The notes: generated by a model not told the origin, from the letters alone. 64,000 nt of DNA from an uncultured Candidatus Rokubacteria bacterium (GCA_963805625.1 CAWDVE010000004.1:1-64000); one strand, 5' to 3'; counted from the first letter of the stretch, positions 20,233-29,817 are shown. Numbers and translations are program-made.

Positions 20233-20939
20233 TGCTGGCCCTGGACGGGGTCCACGCGCACTACGGGAAGTCGCACGTGCTCCACGGCGTCTCGCTGCGG
20301 ATCGAGCGCGGTGAGGTCGTCGGCCTGCTCGGGCGGAACGGCGTGGGCAAGAGCACGACGCTCAAGGCCGTGATGGGTCTGGTGCGCCCGTCGAGCGGGC
20401 GCGTAACCCTCGAGGGACGCGACGTCACGGGGCTCCCGCCCCACCAGCTCGCGCGCCTGGGCATCGCGTGGGTCCCCGAGGATCGGCGGATCTTCCGGCT
20501 CCTCACCGTCTTCGAGAACCTCCGGACGGGCCTGGACCGGAGCGGCGTGTCGGAGGCGCGGCGGGCCGAGCTCCTGGAGAAGGTTTACGCGAGCTTCCCG
20601 GTGCTGGCCGAGCGGCGGCGGCAAGCGGGGGGCACCTTGTCTGGTGGCGAGCAGCAGATGCTCGCCATCGGCCGGGCGATGATGCTGGAGCCCAAGATCA
20701 TCCTGCTCGACGAGCCCACCGAGGGGCTGATGCCGCGGATGGTGGGGCAGATCCGGGAGATCATCCGGATCCTCCACCGGGAAGGTGTGGCGATCCTGCT
20801 CGTGGAGCAGAACCTCCCGCTGACGCTCGAGGTGGCGGAGCGCGTCTACGTCATGGAAAAGGGCACCGTGCGGCACCACGCGCCGGCCGCCGAGCTGCGG
20901 GCAGACCCCGGCGTCATCCACCAGTACCTGGGAGTCTGA
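20232..20939 (+). CDS. Liv-type ABC ATP-binding protein (LivF-like)
   Basis: GRNGVGKST, LSGGEQQM and LDEPTEG; start overlaps the upstream stop. Confidence 0.93.
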   Translation: MLALDGVHAHYGKSHVLHGVSLRIERGEVVGLLGRNGVGKSTTLKAVMGLVRPSSGRVTLEGRDVTGLPPHQLARLGIAWVPEDRRIFRLLTVFENLRTGLDRSGVSEARRAELLEKVYASFPVLAERRRQAGGTLSGGEQQMLAIGRAMMLEPKIILLDEPTEGLMPRMVGQIREIIRILHREGVAILLVEQNLPLTLEVAERVYVMEKGTVRHHAPAAELRADPGVIHQYLGV

Positions 20940-20943
20940 CCCC

Positions 20944-21804
20944 ATGGACCAGATCCTCATCCAGACCGTCAACGGGCTCGTCAACGGTATGATTCTGGCC
21001 CTCGTGGCGTCAGGTCTCACGCTGATCTTCGGCATCATGGACGTCGTCAACTTCACGCACGGCGATCTCGTGATGTTGGGCGGGTTCGTGGGGGCCGTGA
21101 CTATCGCGGCGACCGGCAGCTTCTGGCTGGCGCTCTTGGCGGCGGCGATCGTGATCGGGGCGTTCGGGGCGATCCTCCAGTCGACGACGCTCCGTCCCCT
21201 CGTCGGTCGCGACCCGCTCACGACGATCCTGGCCACCTTCGGGATGTCGCTCGTGCTCCAGAAGTACGCGTTGTGGCAGTGGGGCCCGTCGGCTCGACAG
21301 ATCCAGGAGCCCGTGACGGGCCGGTTCGCGCTCTTCTACCTCGAGTACCCGTGGTACCGGATCCTGACGGCGGGGCTGTCCGCCGCCATCATTCTCGCGC
21401 TCTGGCTCTTCCTGAAGCACGGGAAGTACGGCGTCTGGATCCGCGCGACCACCCAGGACCGGGTGATGGCCGCCGCCATGGGGATCCCGGTTCCCCTCGT
21501 GCACACGGGAGTGTTCGCCATCGGTGCCGCGATGGCCGCCGCCAGCGGGGTGCTCTTCGGACCCCTCGGCGGTGTCACCCAGACGATGGGCCTCGACTTC
21601 ACCCTGCGGGCCTTCATCGTGGTGGTGGTCGGCGGCATGGGCAACCTCGCGGGGTCGATCCTGGCGTCGATCTTCATCAGTCTGCTGGAGGCGTACGCGT
21701 CGCTCGTCGTGAGCCCGGCCCAGGCGGTGATCGTGTCGTTCGCGGCGTTGATCCTCACCCTCCTGTTCCGGCCGACCGGCCTGTTCGTGCCCACGCCCAA
21801 GTGA
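20944..21804 (+). CDS. Liv-type ABC permease (LivH-like)
   Basis: ALVASGLTLIFGIMDVVNFTHG and FIVVVVGGMG. Confidence 0.92.
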   Translation: MDQILIQTVNGLVNGMILALVASGLTLIFGIMDVVNFTHGDLVMLGGFVGAVTIAATGSFWLALLAAAIVIGAFGAILQSTTLRPLVGRDPLTTILATFGMSLVLQKYALWQWGPSARQIQEPVTGRFALFYLEYPWYRILTAGLSAAIILALWLFLKHGKYGVWIRATTQDRVMAAAMGIPVPLVHTGVFAIGAAMAAASGVLFGPLGGVTQTMGLDFTLRAFIVVVVGGMGNLAGSILASIFISLLEAYASLVVSPAQAVIVSFAALILTLLFRPTGLFVPTPK

Positions 21805-22790
21805 GCGCGCCGGCATCCGCGTCCGTCGTGGCAGGTGTGTCCCGGCGCCCGCTCACCGGCTATTGGGTGGGGTTCGGCGCCGTCGTCGGGCTTCTGGTGC
21901 TGGCTCCCCTCGTCCTCCCCGAATTCTGGCGCCGTTTCGTCACGGAGATCCTGATCTGGGGGCTCCTGGCGATGTCGTCGGACATCCTGATCGGTTACAC
22001 GGGCATGGTGTCGTTCGGCCACTCGGCGTTCTTCGGACTCGGCATGTACGGGGCGGCGGCTGCTCTGCTCGCCATCCGGCCACCGAGCCTCTGGCTGGCG
22101 ATCCTGGCGGGGCTCGTGGGCGCCGGGGCGGTCGCCGCCTGCGTCGCCTTCTTCGCGACACGACTGCGCGACATCTACTTCTCGATCACGACGCTCGTGT
22201 TCTCGCAGATCTTCTACGTGATCGTGTTCACCTGGACAGCTGTGACGGGGGGCGAGAACGGGCTCACGTTCAGGCAGCCCCCCCTCGGGCTTCCGGGCGT
22301 GGGCACGGTCGCCTTCACGCCGGTCACTCTTCACTGGTTCGTGCTCGCCGTAGTCACGCTCTCCTACCTCACGCTCAGGCGCATCCTCCGCTCACCCTTC
22401 GGCATGGTGCTCCAGGCTATCCGGGAGAACGAGCCACGGGTGCGCGCGATCGGATACCACGTGGAGCGGTACAAGATCGTGGCCGTGCTGCTGTCGGGCC
22501 TGTTCGCGGGCCTTGCCGGCGTGCTCTACGCCATCCAGAACAAGTTTGCGGCTCCCGACTTCATCCACTTCGTCCTCTCGGGCGAAACGGTGATCTTCAA
22601 CGTCATGGGCGGCATGGGCACGCTGGTCGGTCCCGTGGCCGGGGCGGCCTTCTTCCAGCTCCTCCGCGAGGGCGTCTCCCGGTTCTTCACCGAGTACTAC
22701 CTGATCCCGGTGGGCCTCGTCTTCACGGCGATGGTCATCTTCCTGCCGCAGGGGCTGCTCGGATTCCTCCGCCGGACGCTGAACCGCTGA
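21801..22790 (+). CDS. Liv-type ABC permease (LivM-like)
   Basis: GTGA overlap; GYTGMVSFGHSAFFG, TGGENG and SPFGMVLQAIRENE. Confidence 0.92.
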   Translation: MSAPASASVVAGVSRRPLTGYWVGFGAVVGLLVLAPLVLPEFWRRFVTEILIWGLLAMSSDILIGYTGMVSFGHSAFFGLGMYGAAAALLAIRPPSLWLAILAGLVGAGAVAACVAFFATRLRDIYFSITTLVFSQIFYVIVFTWTAVTGGENGLTFRQPPLGLPGVGTVAFTPVTLHWFVLAVVTLSYLTLRRILRSPFGMVLQAIRENEPRVRAIGYHVERYKIVAVLLSGLFAGLAGVLYAIQNKFAAPDFIHFVLSGETVIFNVMGGMGTLVGPVAGAAFFQLLREGVSRFFTEYYLIPVGLVFTAMVIFLPQGLLGFLRRTLNR

Positions 22791-22834
22791 GCGCGGGGCG
22801 CTTCCCAGAGCGCTTCCGGCCGGAGCCGCTGCCG

Positions 22835-22864
22835 TTGACGAACCCCGGGCGAGACGCCCACAAT
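22835..22864 (+). promoter_or_regulatory. Putative sigma70 promoter at the head of the lipid cluster
   Basis: TTGACG-N18-CACAAT, 9 nt before the ATG at 22874. Confidence 0.4.
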
Positions 22865-22873
22865 GGACCGTCT

Positions 22874-23713
22874 ATGACGTACCTATGCCGCGCGGATCGG
22901 CGCGGTCGGCCCGATCGGGACGCACTCCGGTGTCGCCGGCAGCGCCTGGTGACCGCGCTGGGGGTGGTGACGGTCCTCGGGCTTCTGGCGACGGCCTGCG
23001 CGGGGGCTCCGCCCGCCACCACGCCGGCCGCGACGCGGGGCCGCTTCGATCTCGAGCACGACGCCTTTGCCTTCGCGAACCTCGTGCGGGCCGAGCGTCC
23101 GGGCTTGAACGACGCCTTCGCCAACTACTGCCTGGTGATCGCGCGGGGCGCGAGCCAGTTCTACCGCTTCGCTCGATTCGCGGCGGACCAGCCCCCGGCG
23201 TCCCCGGAGGAGTACGACCGGCTCGTGCGCGCGGTCTTCTCGCAGCCGCCGTGGGCGCCGCCGGGGACCGAGGCCGAGCGGGTAGTCATCCCGGGGTACG
23301 CGGACCTCCACAGCTTCTCGGCCGCGCACGAGAGGGTCATCAAGGCGGCCCTCGGCTCAAACGTCTTCAGCATGGTGCACTGGCGCACGTGGCGCGTTGG
23401 GATCGACTTCTCGCCAGAGCACCAGGAGCGCCTCGCGCGAGAGCTCATCGCCGAGGTGGATGCCGGCCGGCCGGTTCCGCTCATGATCACGAACTTTCCG
23501 CATGAGGACCTTCTCAACCATTCGGTCCTGGTCTACGATCGCCGGCCGGCCCAGCAGGGGACGGACTTCGCCGCCTACGACCCGAACGACCCGGGCTCGC
23601 CGCTCACGATCTACTACGACGACGTGCCCCGGGCCTTCTGGGTCGGTCCGCTCACCTACAGCCCTCCGGGGCGGGTGCGGGCCTTCCGGCTCTACACCTC
23701 GCCGCTCTTCTGA
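22874..23713 (+). CDS. Putative lipoprotein with papain/C39-like Cys-His-Asp signature
   Basis: Hydrophobic stretch ending in lipobox LATA-C. FAFAN...NYC, GRPVPLMI...NHSVLVYD and YDPN occur in the order typical of papain-like folds. Confidence 0.6.
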   Translation: MTYLCRADRRGRPDRDALRCRRQRLVTALGVVTVLGLLATACAGAPPATTPAATRGRFDLEHDAFAFANLVRAERPGLNDAFANYCLVIARGASQFYRFARFAADQPPASPEEYDRLVRAVFSQPPWAPPGTEAERVVIPGYADLHSFSAAHERVIKAALGSNVFSMVHWRTWRVGIDFSPEHQERLARELIAEVDAGRPVPLMITNFPHEDLLNHSVLVYDRRPAQQGTDFAAYDPNDPGSPLTIYYDDVPRAFWVGPLTYSPPGRVRAFRLYTSPLF

Positions 23714-23772
23714 CGCGTGCTCGTGCTCCCGCCGCGCGAGCGAGCCCGATCTACCGTCGATCGGAACGTGTT

Positions 23773-24687
23773 GTGGGAGTGACGGTCGCCGCCGGCGTGG
23801 ACGCTCCTCGCGCGCGCTGGCACGCCCACCCGTATAACCGCTCGCGCTACTACCGACTCGCGGCAGCCGCGGCGACACGGCTGCCGCGGCCGGTGAGGGT
23901 GTGGCTCGCCGAGCGCCTGGCGGGCCTGCTCATAGTCCGATTCCCCGCTGAGCGCGCGGCGGTGCGGCGGAACCTGACGCGCGTTCACCCGGGGCGGGAC
24001 GCAGCCTGGCTGGACGCGGCCGTCGATCGGGTGTTCGCGCGCTTCGCCGTGTGCTTCGGCGACCTCCTCTCACTGAACCGCGAGGAGTCCGGACTCTGGC
24101 GACACGTTGTGGTGGGGAACGGCCAGGAGCCGACGCTCAACGCGCTGGCGGGGGGACGGGGCTGCGTGTGCATCACCGCGCATCTGGGGAATTGGGAATT
24201 GGGGGGACGGCTACTCGCGACCTTGGGCCGGCCGGTTCACGTGGTGATGGCGCCGGAAGAGGACCCCGCCGTCGGCGCGTTGCTCGATCGGGGAGGCCAC
24301 CCGGGGCAGCGGTTCGTGCGCCTGACGAGCCCGATGGTCGGCGTCGAGCTGGTTGCCGCGTTGCGCCGGGGAGAGGTCGTCGCGTTCCAGCTCGACCGCT
24401 CGCTGGGCGGGCGAGGGGACGCGGCGGTGCCGTTCTTCGGCGCTCCCGTGACGTTCCCGCTGGGGCCGTTCCTGATGGCGGCCGCCGCCGGCGCGCCGGT
24501 GGTTCTGGCCTTCTGCGTGCTCGAGGCGGGTGGGAGCTATCGTCTCCACGTCGAGCCGGTGCTCGCGGTGTCGCGCGGGGGCGAGGTGGAGGCGCTCAGC
24601 GCCGCGGTGGCGACCCTGGAGCGCTACGTCCGGACGCACTGGGACCAGTGGTTCAACTTCTACGACGTCTGGGAGCGCGTGTCGTGA
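23773..24687 (+). CDS. Lysophospholipid/lipid A lauroyl acyltransferase family (LpxL-like)
   Basis: TAHLGNWE, VAFQLDR, VPFFG...FPLGPF and C-terminal DQWFNFYDVW, as seen in aryl-polyene-type cluster acyltransferases. Confidence 0.88.
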   Translation: MGVTVAAGVDAPRARWHAHPYNRSRYYRLAAAAATRLPRPVRVWLAERLAGLLIVRFPAERAAVRRNLTRVHPGRDAAWLDAAVDRVFARFAVCFGDLLSLNREESGLWRHVVVGNGQEPTLNALAGGRGCVCITAHLGNWELGGRLLATLGRPVHVVMAPEEDPAVGALLDRGGHPGQRFVRLTSPMVGVELVAALRRGEVVAFQLDRSLGGRGDAAVPFFGAPVTFPLGPFLMAAAAGAPVVLAFCVLEAGGSYRLHVEPVLAVSRGGEVEALSAAVATLERYVRTHWDQWFNFYDVWERVS

Positions 24688-25925
24688 AGGGGACTCTGGC
24701 CCCACGGGTCTCGCCGGTTGCCATCACGGGCGCCGGCGTGGTGACCGCGATCGGCCAGGATCTGGACGGTTTCTGGGCCGGGCTCGTCACGGGGGTGTCC
24801 GGCATCAGCGAGATCGAGGGCTTTCCCGTGGGAGACCTGCGGGTCACGCGGGCCGGAGAGGTTAAGAAGCTCCGGCGGGACATTCCAGCCGCGCCCCGTG
24901 GGGGCGATGGACGGCCCCGCCGTGCCACCTACTGCCGCACTTCGCGGTTCCTCATCCACGCCGCTCGGGAGGCCCTGGAGACCGCCGAGCTCAGGGATGC
25001 GCTGCCCGCCGCCGACCGGATCGGGGTGGTCGTCGGCACCGCGCTGGGCGGGATCGATGAGGCGAGCCGCGCTCTCGCCGTGCGGGGCGCGCTCAGAGCG
25101 CTGACGGGCTCCGTGTACGACGGTCCGACACGCAATCTGGCACGCTGGCTGGGAGCCCGGGGGCCGGCTTTGACCGTGACGACGGCCTGCGCGTCGGGCG
25201 CCACCAGCCTCGGCCTCGCCGCCGACCTCCTACGCGCGGGCCAGGCGGACGTCGTCTTGGCGGGTGGGGCTGACGGGCTGTGCCGGTTCGTCCAGCGCGG
25301 CTTCAACGTGCTGCGCTCGCTGACGCGCGACGCGGTGCGCCCGTTCGACCGGCGTCGAAGCGGTCTCCTTCTCGGCGAGGGGGCGGGCCTGGTTGTCTTG
25401 GAGCGCGTCGACACGGCCGTGCGCCGAGGGCACCGACCGCTCGGGTACCTCCTCGGCCATGCGAGCACGGCGGACGGCGCCCACATCACGGCGCCGGACC
25501 CGGAGGGGCGGGGGCTCGAGCTCGCCGTGCGAGCCGCCCTCATGGAGGCCGGACTCGCGCCCGCCGCGCTGGACCTGGTGAGCGCGCACGGGACGGGGAC
25601 GCCGGCGAACGACCGCGTCGAGACCGACGTGCTGAAGCGCGTCCTCGGTCCGCGCGCCCACGCTATCCCGGTGAACTCCATCAAGGCGCACCTCGGCCAC
25701 ACCATGGGCGCGGCGGCGACACTCGAGGCGATCATGTGCCTCCTGGCCGGCCGCCATGGCCAGGTACCGCCGACCCTCAACTATGGCGAGGCGGACCCCG
25801 AGTGCGATCTGGACTGCGTGCCGAACGCGGCGCGGATCTGGCGGCCACGGATGAGCCTGTCGACCTCGCTCGGCTTTGGCGGGTGTAACGCCGCCCTGGT
25901 GCTGGCAACGGGAGAGGAGCCGTGA
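24684..25925 (+). CDS. Beta-ketoacyl-ACP synthase (type II KS) with intact Cys-His-His
   Basis: TTACASG, RPFD..RSGLLLGEGAG, SAHGTGT, KAHLGHT and SLGFGG. Confidence 0.93.
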   Translation: MKGTLAPRVSPVAITGAGVVTAIGQDLDGFWAGLVTGVSGISEIEGFPVGDLRVTRAGEVKKLRRDIPAAPRGGDGRPRRATYCRTSRFLIHAAREALETAELRDALPAADRIGVVVGTALGGIDEASRALAVRGALRALTGSVYDGPTRNLARWLGARGPALTVTTACASGATSLGLAADLLRAGQADVVLAGGADGLCRFVQRGFNVLRSLTRDAVRPFDRRRSGLLLGEGAGLVVLERVDTAVRRGHRPLGYLLGHASTADGAHITAPDPEGRGLELAVRAALMEAGLAPAALDLVSAHGTGTPANDRVETDVLKRVLGPRAHAIPVNSIKAHLGHTMGAAATLEAIMCLLAGRHGQVPPTLNYGEADPECDLDCVPNAARIWRPRMSLSTSLGFGGCNAALVLATGEEP

Positions 25926-26878
25926 GAGCGGCGGCGGCGCGCTCGGAGCTCGTGAACCCGCCGGCGCCCAGGATCCGGGGGATCGGCGCGGTCACGGGTT
26001 GGGGGGACGGTGTCCAGGCGCTGCCCGAGGCTATCGCCCAGCATGGCGAGCGCGGCGGGGGGCTGGTGACGGCGCCGACGCCCGTCCTGGGCGGTGACCG
26101 GTTCCGACGCGCGACGCGTGAATGCCTGCTCGCCGTCGCGGCCGCGAAGGCGGCGGTCGCCGATGCCGGACTCGCGGAGGCGGAGCTAGCGGGCCCGCGA
26201 ACGGGTATCCTGTACGTGAGCGCCACAGGGTACGCCGCCGCGAACCGGGCGTTCCTCGAGGACGAGACGTCCACGACGCTTCACTTCCCGTACACCTCGC
26301 CCAGCGCGGTGCCCGGCGAGGTGACGATCGAGCTGGGAATCCGGGGGCCGTACGTCAACCTCATGGGCGGCGCCCCGGCGACGTTCCAGGCGCTCTGGTG
26401 GGCGGCGCGCTGGCTGGCCGAGGGCCGAGCCGACCGGTTTCTTGTCCTCGCCGTGGAGGCGTTTCACGAGGTGCGGGACTTGTTCGGTCGAGCCCGACGG
26501 CTGTACGCGGGCCCCCTCGTCGAAGGGGCGGCGTGCCTGCTGCTGGAACCGGGCGAGGGGAGCGTCCTCCGCTGGGCATCCGCGCTCGCCGGGCCGACGG
26601 GTGTGCGGGGCACGGTTGCGGCGGTGCTCGAGCGAGTGCTGGACGGCGAGCGACCCGGCCTCGTCTGGAGCGGGTCTACGGGGGCGAGCCGGGGAACCGC
26701 CGAGGCAAGGATCCTGGCAGCCCGGGGAGCCCCGGCACCGGTGCCCCGTCTGGGCGAAGCCCTGGCAATGGGGCCGCTTCTCGCGCTGGCCCGGATCCAC
26801 GGCGAGAGAGCGGCTAGGCCCTGCCTGCTGACCGCCACGTGGCGAAGCGAGTACGCGGCGCTGCTGTGGCCTCGGTAG
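25922..26878 (+). CDS. Truncated non-catalytic KS homologue (chain-length-factor-like)
   Basis: KS N-terminal domain (FPYTSPSAVPGEVTIELGIRGPYVNL) with Gly/Ala where the catalytic Cys lies. EGAACLLLE present; no HGTGT. Confidence 0.75.
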   Translation: MRAAAARSELVNPPAPRIRGIGAVTGWGDGVQALPEAIAQHGERGGGLVTAPTPVLGGDRFRRATRECLLAVAAAKAAVADAGLAEAELAGPRTGILYVSATGYAAANRAFLEDETSTTLHFPYTSPSAVPGEVTIELGIRGPYVNLMGGAPATFQALWWAARWLAEGRADRFLVLAVEAFHEVRDLFGRARRLYAGPLVEGAACLLLEPGEGSVLRWASALAGPTGVRGTVAAVLERVLDGERPGLVWSGSTGASRGTAEARILAARGAPAPVPRLGEALAMGPLLALARIHGERAARPCLLTATWRSEYAALLWPR

Positions 26879-26897
26879 GCACGACACGGGAGGATGG

Positions 26898-27173
26898 ATG
26901 GACGACCGAGCGATCATCGGGGAGTTGCGCGACATCGTCGTCAAGCGACTCCGGTTCGACCCTGCGCGTCTGACCGCGCTGACCTCAGAGACGCCCCTCC
27001 CGAAGGGTGTCGAGGGGGCACTCGGGCTCGACTCGCTCGATTTCATCGAGCTCTCGATCGCGCTGGAGGAGCGATTCGGCATCGTGATCCAGGAGGGCGA
27101 GGACGTGGCCGCTCACTTCGGCACGTTCGGCGCCCTCGTGCGCTTCGTGGGCGCGCGAGCCCAGGGCAGCTGA
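26898..27173 (+). CDS. Acyl carrier protein
   Basis: LGLDSLDFIEL phosphopantetheine site and EERFGI; acidic, 91 aa. Confidence 0.93.
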   Translation: MDDRAIIGELRDIVVKRLRFDPARLTALTSETPLPKGVEGALGLDSLDFIELSIALEERFGIVIQEGEDVAAHFGTFGALVRFVGARAQGS

Positions 27174-27298
27174 GACTCCGTCCCGAATGACCGGCCGGCC
27201 CGCTCAGAAGCGCCGGGACCCCCTGCCCCCTCGGGAAGGGTGGTCCACCACAGGCCGAAGGCCGTCCATGAATCAGGGGAGGCCCGTCTCTGGAGGGA

Positions 27299-27335
27299 CG
27301 CGACGTCCTGAGGGCCGCAGGCCCGAAGCGTCGCG
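27299..27335. repeat. REP-like palindromic element
   Basis: CGCGACG-tc-CTGAG-GGCC-GCA-GGCC-CGAAG-CGTCGCG nested hairpin in the ACP-KS spacer. Confidence 0.45.
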
Positions 27336-27344
27336 GCGAGTCGA

Positions 27345-28565
27345 ATGACGCGGGTTCTCGTCACGGGCCTCGGAGTCGTCAGCCCGTACGGCGCCGGCCG
27401 GGGCGCCTTCTGGGAGGGCCTGACGGCGGGCCGGTGCGCAATCGGTCCCATCGGACTCTTCGACACGGAGGGGTTCCGCGCCCGCGTCGGGGCCGAGGTG
27501 CCCGCTGGCACCGCGCTTCCCGGTGTGTCCCTGCGCCGCTCGCGGGCCGACCGGTTTGCTGTGGCGGCGGCGGACGAAGCCGTCCTGGACGCGGGCCTCT
27601 CGCGCGCGGAGGTGCGCCCGGCGGCGGTGATCGTCGGCGGCATCGGGGGCGGCATGCTCGAAGCCGAGGCCTGGTTCTGGCGGCGCGAGCGCGACCGAGT
27701 AGATGACCCGAAGCTCCGGACGGCGCTCAGGAGCATCTTGCCGTTCGCCCATGCTGACGTCGTCGCGCGCCGCTACGGGACGACCGGCCCCAAGGAGACC
27801 GTGGTCCTGGCCTGTAGCTCCGGTGGCGCGGCGCTGGGGCTGGCGGCCGAGTTGATCGCCTCCGGCGAGGTCGCCCTGGCCCTCGCGGGGGGCGTCGATG
27901 CCATGACCCGGATCTGCTTCATGGGCTTCAACGCGCTGAAGCTCCTTGATCCCGCGCCCTGCCGTCCGTTCTCGCGGGATCGCCGGGGCATGTCGCTCGG
28001 GGAGGGCGCGGGGTTCGTCGTGCTCGAAGGCGAGGCGCACGCCCGGGCGCGCGGCGCGCGCGCCTATGCGGAGCTGGTCAGTTACGGGCTGACCACGGAC
28101 GCCTGGCATCTCACCTCGCCCCACCCCGACGGCGAGGGCAGCGTTCGGGCAATGGCGGAGGCGCTGGACCGAGCGGGCGTTCCGGCGAGCGCGGTGGGGT
28201 ACATCAACGCGCACGGGACCGGCACGCCTCAGAACGACCGTGTCGAGGCCGCGGCCCTCCGTAAGCTGTTCGACCCGGACGCGGTGCTCGTGAGCGCCAA
28301 CAAGTCCCTCGTGGGGCATGCGATGGCGGCAGCCGGCGCGCTGGAGGCGATCGCAACGGTGCTGACGCTCGTCCACGGGCTCATCCCGCCCACCGCCAAC
28401 CTCGCCGAGACGGACCCCGAGGTGGTCTTCGACTGCGTGCCCAATGTCGCGCGTCCCGCACCGGTCGAGTGCGCCCTGTCGAATTCCTTCGGGTTCGGCG
28501 GCCAGAACCTGAGCCTCCTGTTCCGGTGCGTCGCCGCTCCGCGGAGCCCGGATGCCGCCCGGTGA
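27345..28565 (+). CDS. Beta-ketoacyl-ACP synthase (type II KS) with intact Cys-His-His
   Basis: VLACSSG, CRPFS.DRRGMSLGEGAG, NAHGTGT, KSLVGHA and SNSFGFGG. Confidence 0.93.
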   Translation: MTRVLVTGLGVVSPYGAGRGAFWEGLTAGRCAIGPIGLFDTEGFRARVGAEVPAGTALPGVSLRRSRADRFAVAAADEAVLDAGLSRAEVRPAAVIVGGIGGGMLEAEAWFWRRERDRVDDPKLRTALRSILPFAHADVVARRYGTTGPKETVVLACSSGGAALGLAAELIASGEVALALAGGVDAMTRICFMGFNALKLLDPAPCRPFSRDRRGMSLGEGAGFVVLEGEAHARARGARAYAELVSYGLTTDAWHLTSPHPDGEGSVRAMAEALDRAGVPASAVGYINAHGTGTPQNDRVEAAALRKLFDPDAVLVSANKSLVGHAMAAAGALEAIATVLTLVHGLIPPTANLAETDPEVVFDCVPNVARPAPVECALSNSFGFGGQNLSLLFRCVAAPRSPDAAR

Positions 28566-29817
28566 GCGCGAGGGTGGTGCCCGACCCCGCGTCGTCGTCA
28601 CTGGGGTGGGCAGCGTGAGCGCGCTTGGTGCCGGCGACGGCGCCGCCGTGGGCGAGGCGCTGGCGCGAGGGGCGCCCGCCATCGGGCCGGTCCAGGCCTT
28701 TCCGACCGATGGCTGCTCGAGCCGGCTCGGTGGCGAGGTCGGTGACCTCACGACGCACCTCCGGGACGGGGAGGCGCGGCGGCTGTCGCGGGCCAGCCAG
28801 CTCGCGGTCGTCGCCTCCCGGCTCGCCTTGACGGACGCGAGCCTCCAGCCGGGCCAGCCGGCCGCGATGGGGCTCGTGCTCGGATCGCACTGGGGCGACT
28901 TTCGCTCCTCGGAGACCTTTGCGCTCGGGTTCCTCGAGCGGGGGATACTCGGACTCTCCCCCCTCGTCTTCCCGAGCACGGTGATGAACGCCATGGCCGC
29001 CCAAGTGTCGATCGCCGTCGGCGTCCGCGGGCCGATGCTCACGCTGAACGAGGTCGATGTGGCCGGCGAGCTCGCCGTGGCCCGGGGCGCCGCCCTGATC
29101 GCCTCGGGGAGGGCGAGCGTGGTCCTTGCGGGTGGGAGCGACGAGCTCTCCCCGATTCTCTATCGTGAGCTGAGCCGGCTCGGGACCATGTCCCGGACGG
29201 CACCGGGCCCCGAGGGATGCCGGCCATTCGACCGCCGGGCTAACGGCACGGTTCTGGGGGAGGGGGCGACGTTCCTGGTCCTGGAATCAGCGGAGGCCGC
29301 GCTGGCACGAGGCGTGCGCGTCTACGGCGAACTGGCGGGCTCGGCGTGGGGCAATCTTCCGACGCCCGCGCACGGCTTCCCGTCGCCCCGGCGGCGCGAC
29401 CCGTTGACGATCCGCCGTGCGCTCGCCTCGGCCGGCGTGGAGCCCGAGGCTGTCGAGACCGCCTACCTGACCGGATCGGGTCATCCGGAGCACGACGCGT
29501 GCGAGCTCGACCTCGTGGCCCGGGCCCTGGGGAGCGGGCGTGCCCGCCTGAGCGCGCTGACCCCACTGGTCGGCGAGCACGCGGGTCTCGGTGCGCTGCG
29601 TGCTGCCGCAGCGGCGCTCGCCGTGTCGGGTTCCGGAGTGTGCATGCTCCCCGACCTCTCGGAGCCGATCCGCCACGATCTCCGGTTTGTTGTGCGCTCC
29701 GAGAGCCGGTCGGGGGGCGCGCCCGAGACGGCGCTGGTCCACGGCCTCGCCCGCGGCGGCACCCACGTCGCGCTGGTGCTCCGGACCTTCGGCCAGGCTC
29801 GGAAGGCCGCCGCATGA
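28552..29817 (+). CDS. Full-length non-catalytic KS homologue (chain-length factor)
   Basis: KS fold (SPLVFPSTVMNA, CRPFD...GEGA), but NEVDVAG replaces TAC-ASG, YLTGSG replaces AHGTGT and LVGEH replaces LGH. Confidence 0.85.
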   Translation: MPPGEREGGARPRVVVTGVGSVSALGAGDGAAVGEALARGAPAIGPVQAFPTDGCSSRLGGEVGDLTTHLRDGEARRLSRASQLAVVASRLALTDASLQPGQPAAMGLVLGSHWGDFRSSETFALGFLERGILGLSPLVFPSTVMNAMAAQVSIAVGVRGPMLTLNEVDVAGELAVARGAALIASGRASVVLAGGSDELSPILYRELSRLGTMSRTAPGPEGCRPFDRRANGTVLGEGATFLVLESAEAALARGVRVYGELAGSAWGNLPTPAHGFPSPRRRDPLTIRRALASAGVEPEAVETAYLTGSGHPEHDACELDLVARALGSGRARLSALTPLVGEHAGLGALRAAAAALAVSGSGVCMLPDLSEPIRHDLRFVVRSESRSGGAPETALVHGLARGGTHVALVLRTFGQARKAAA

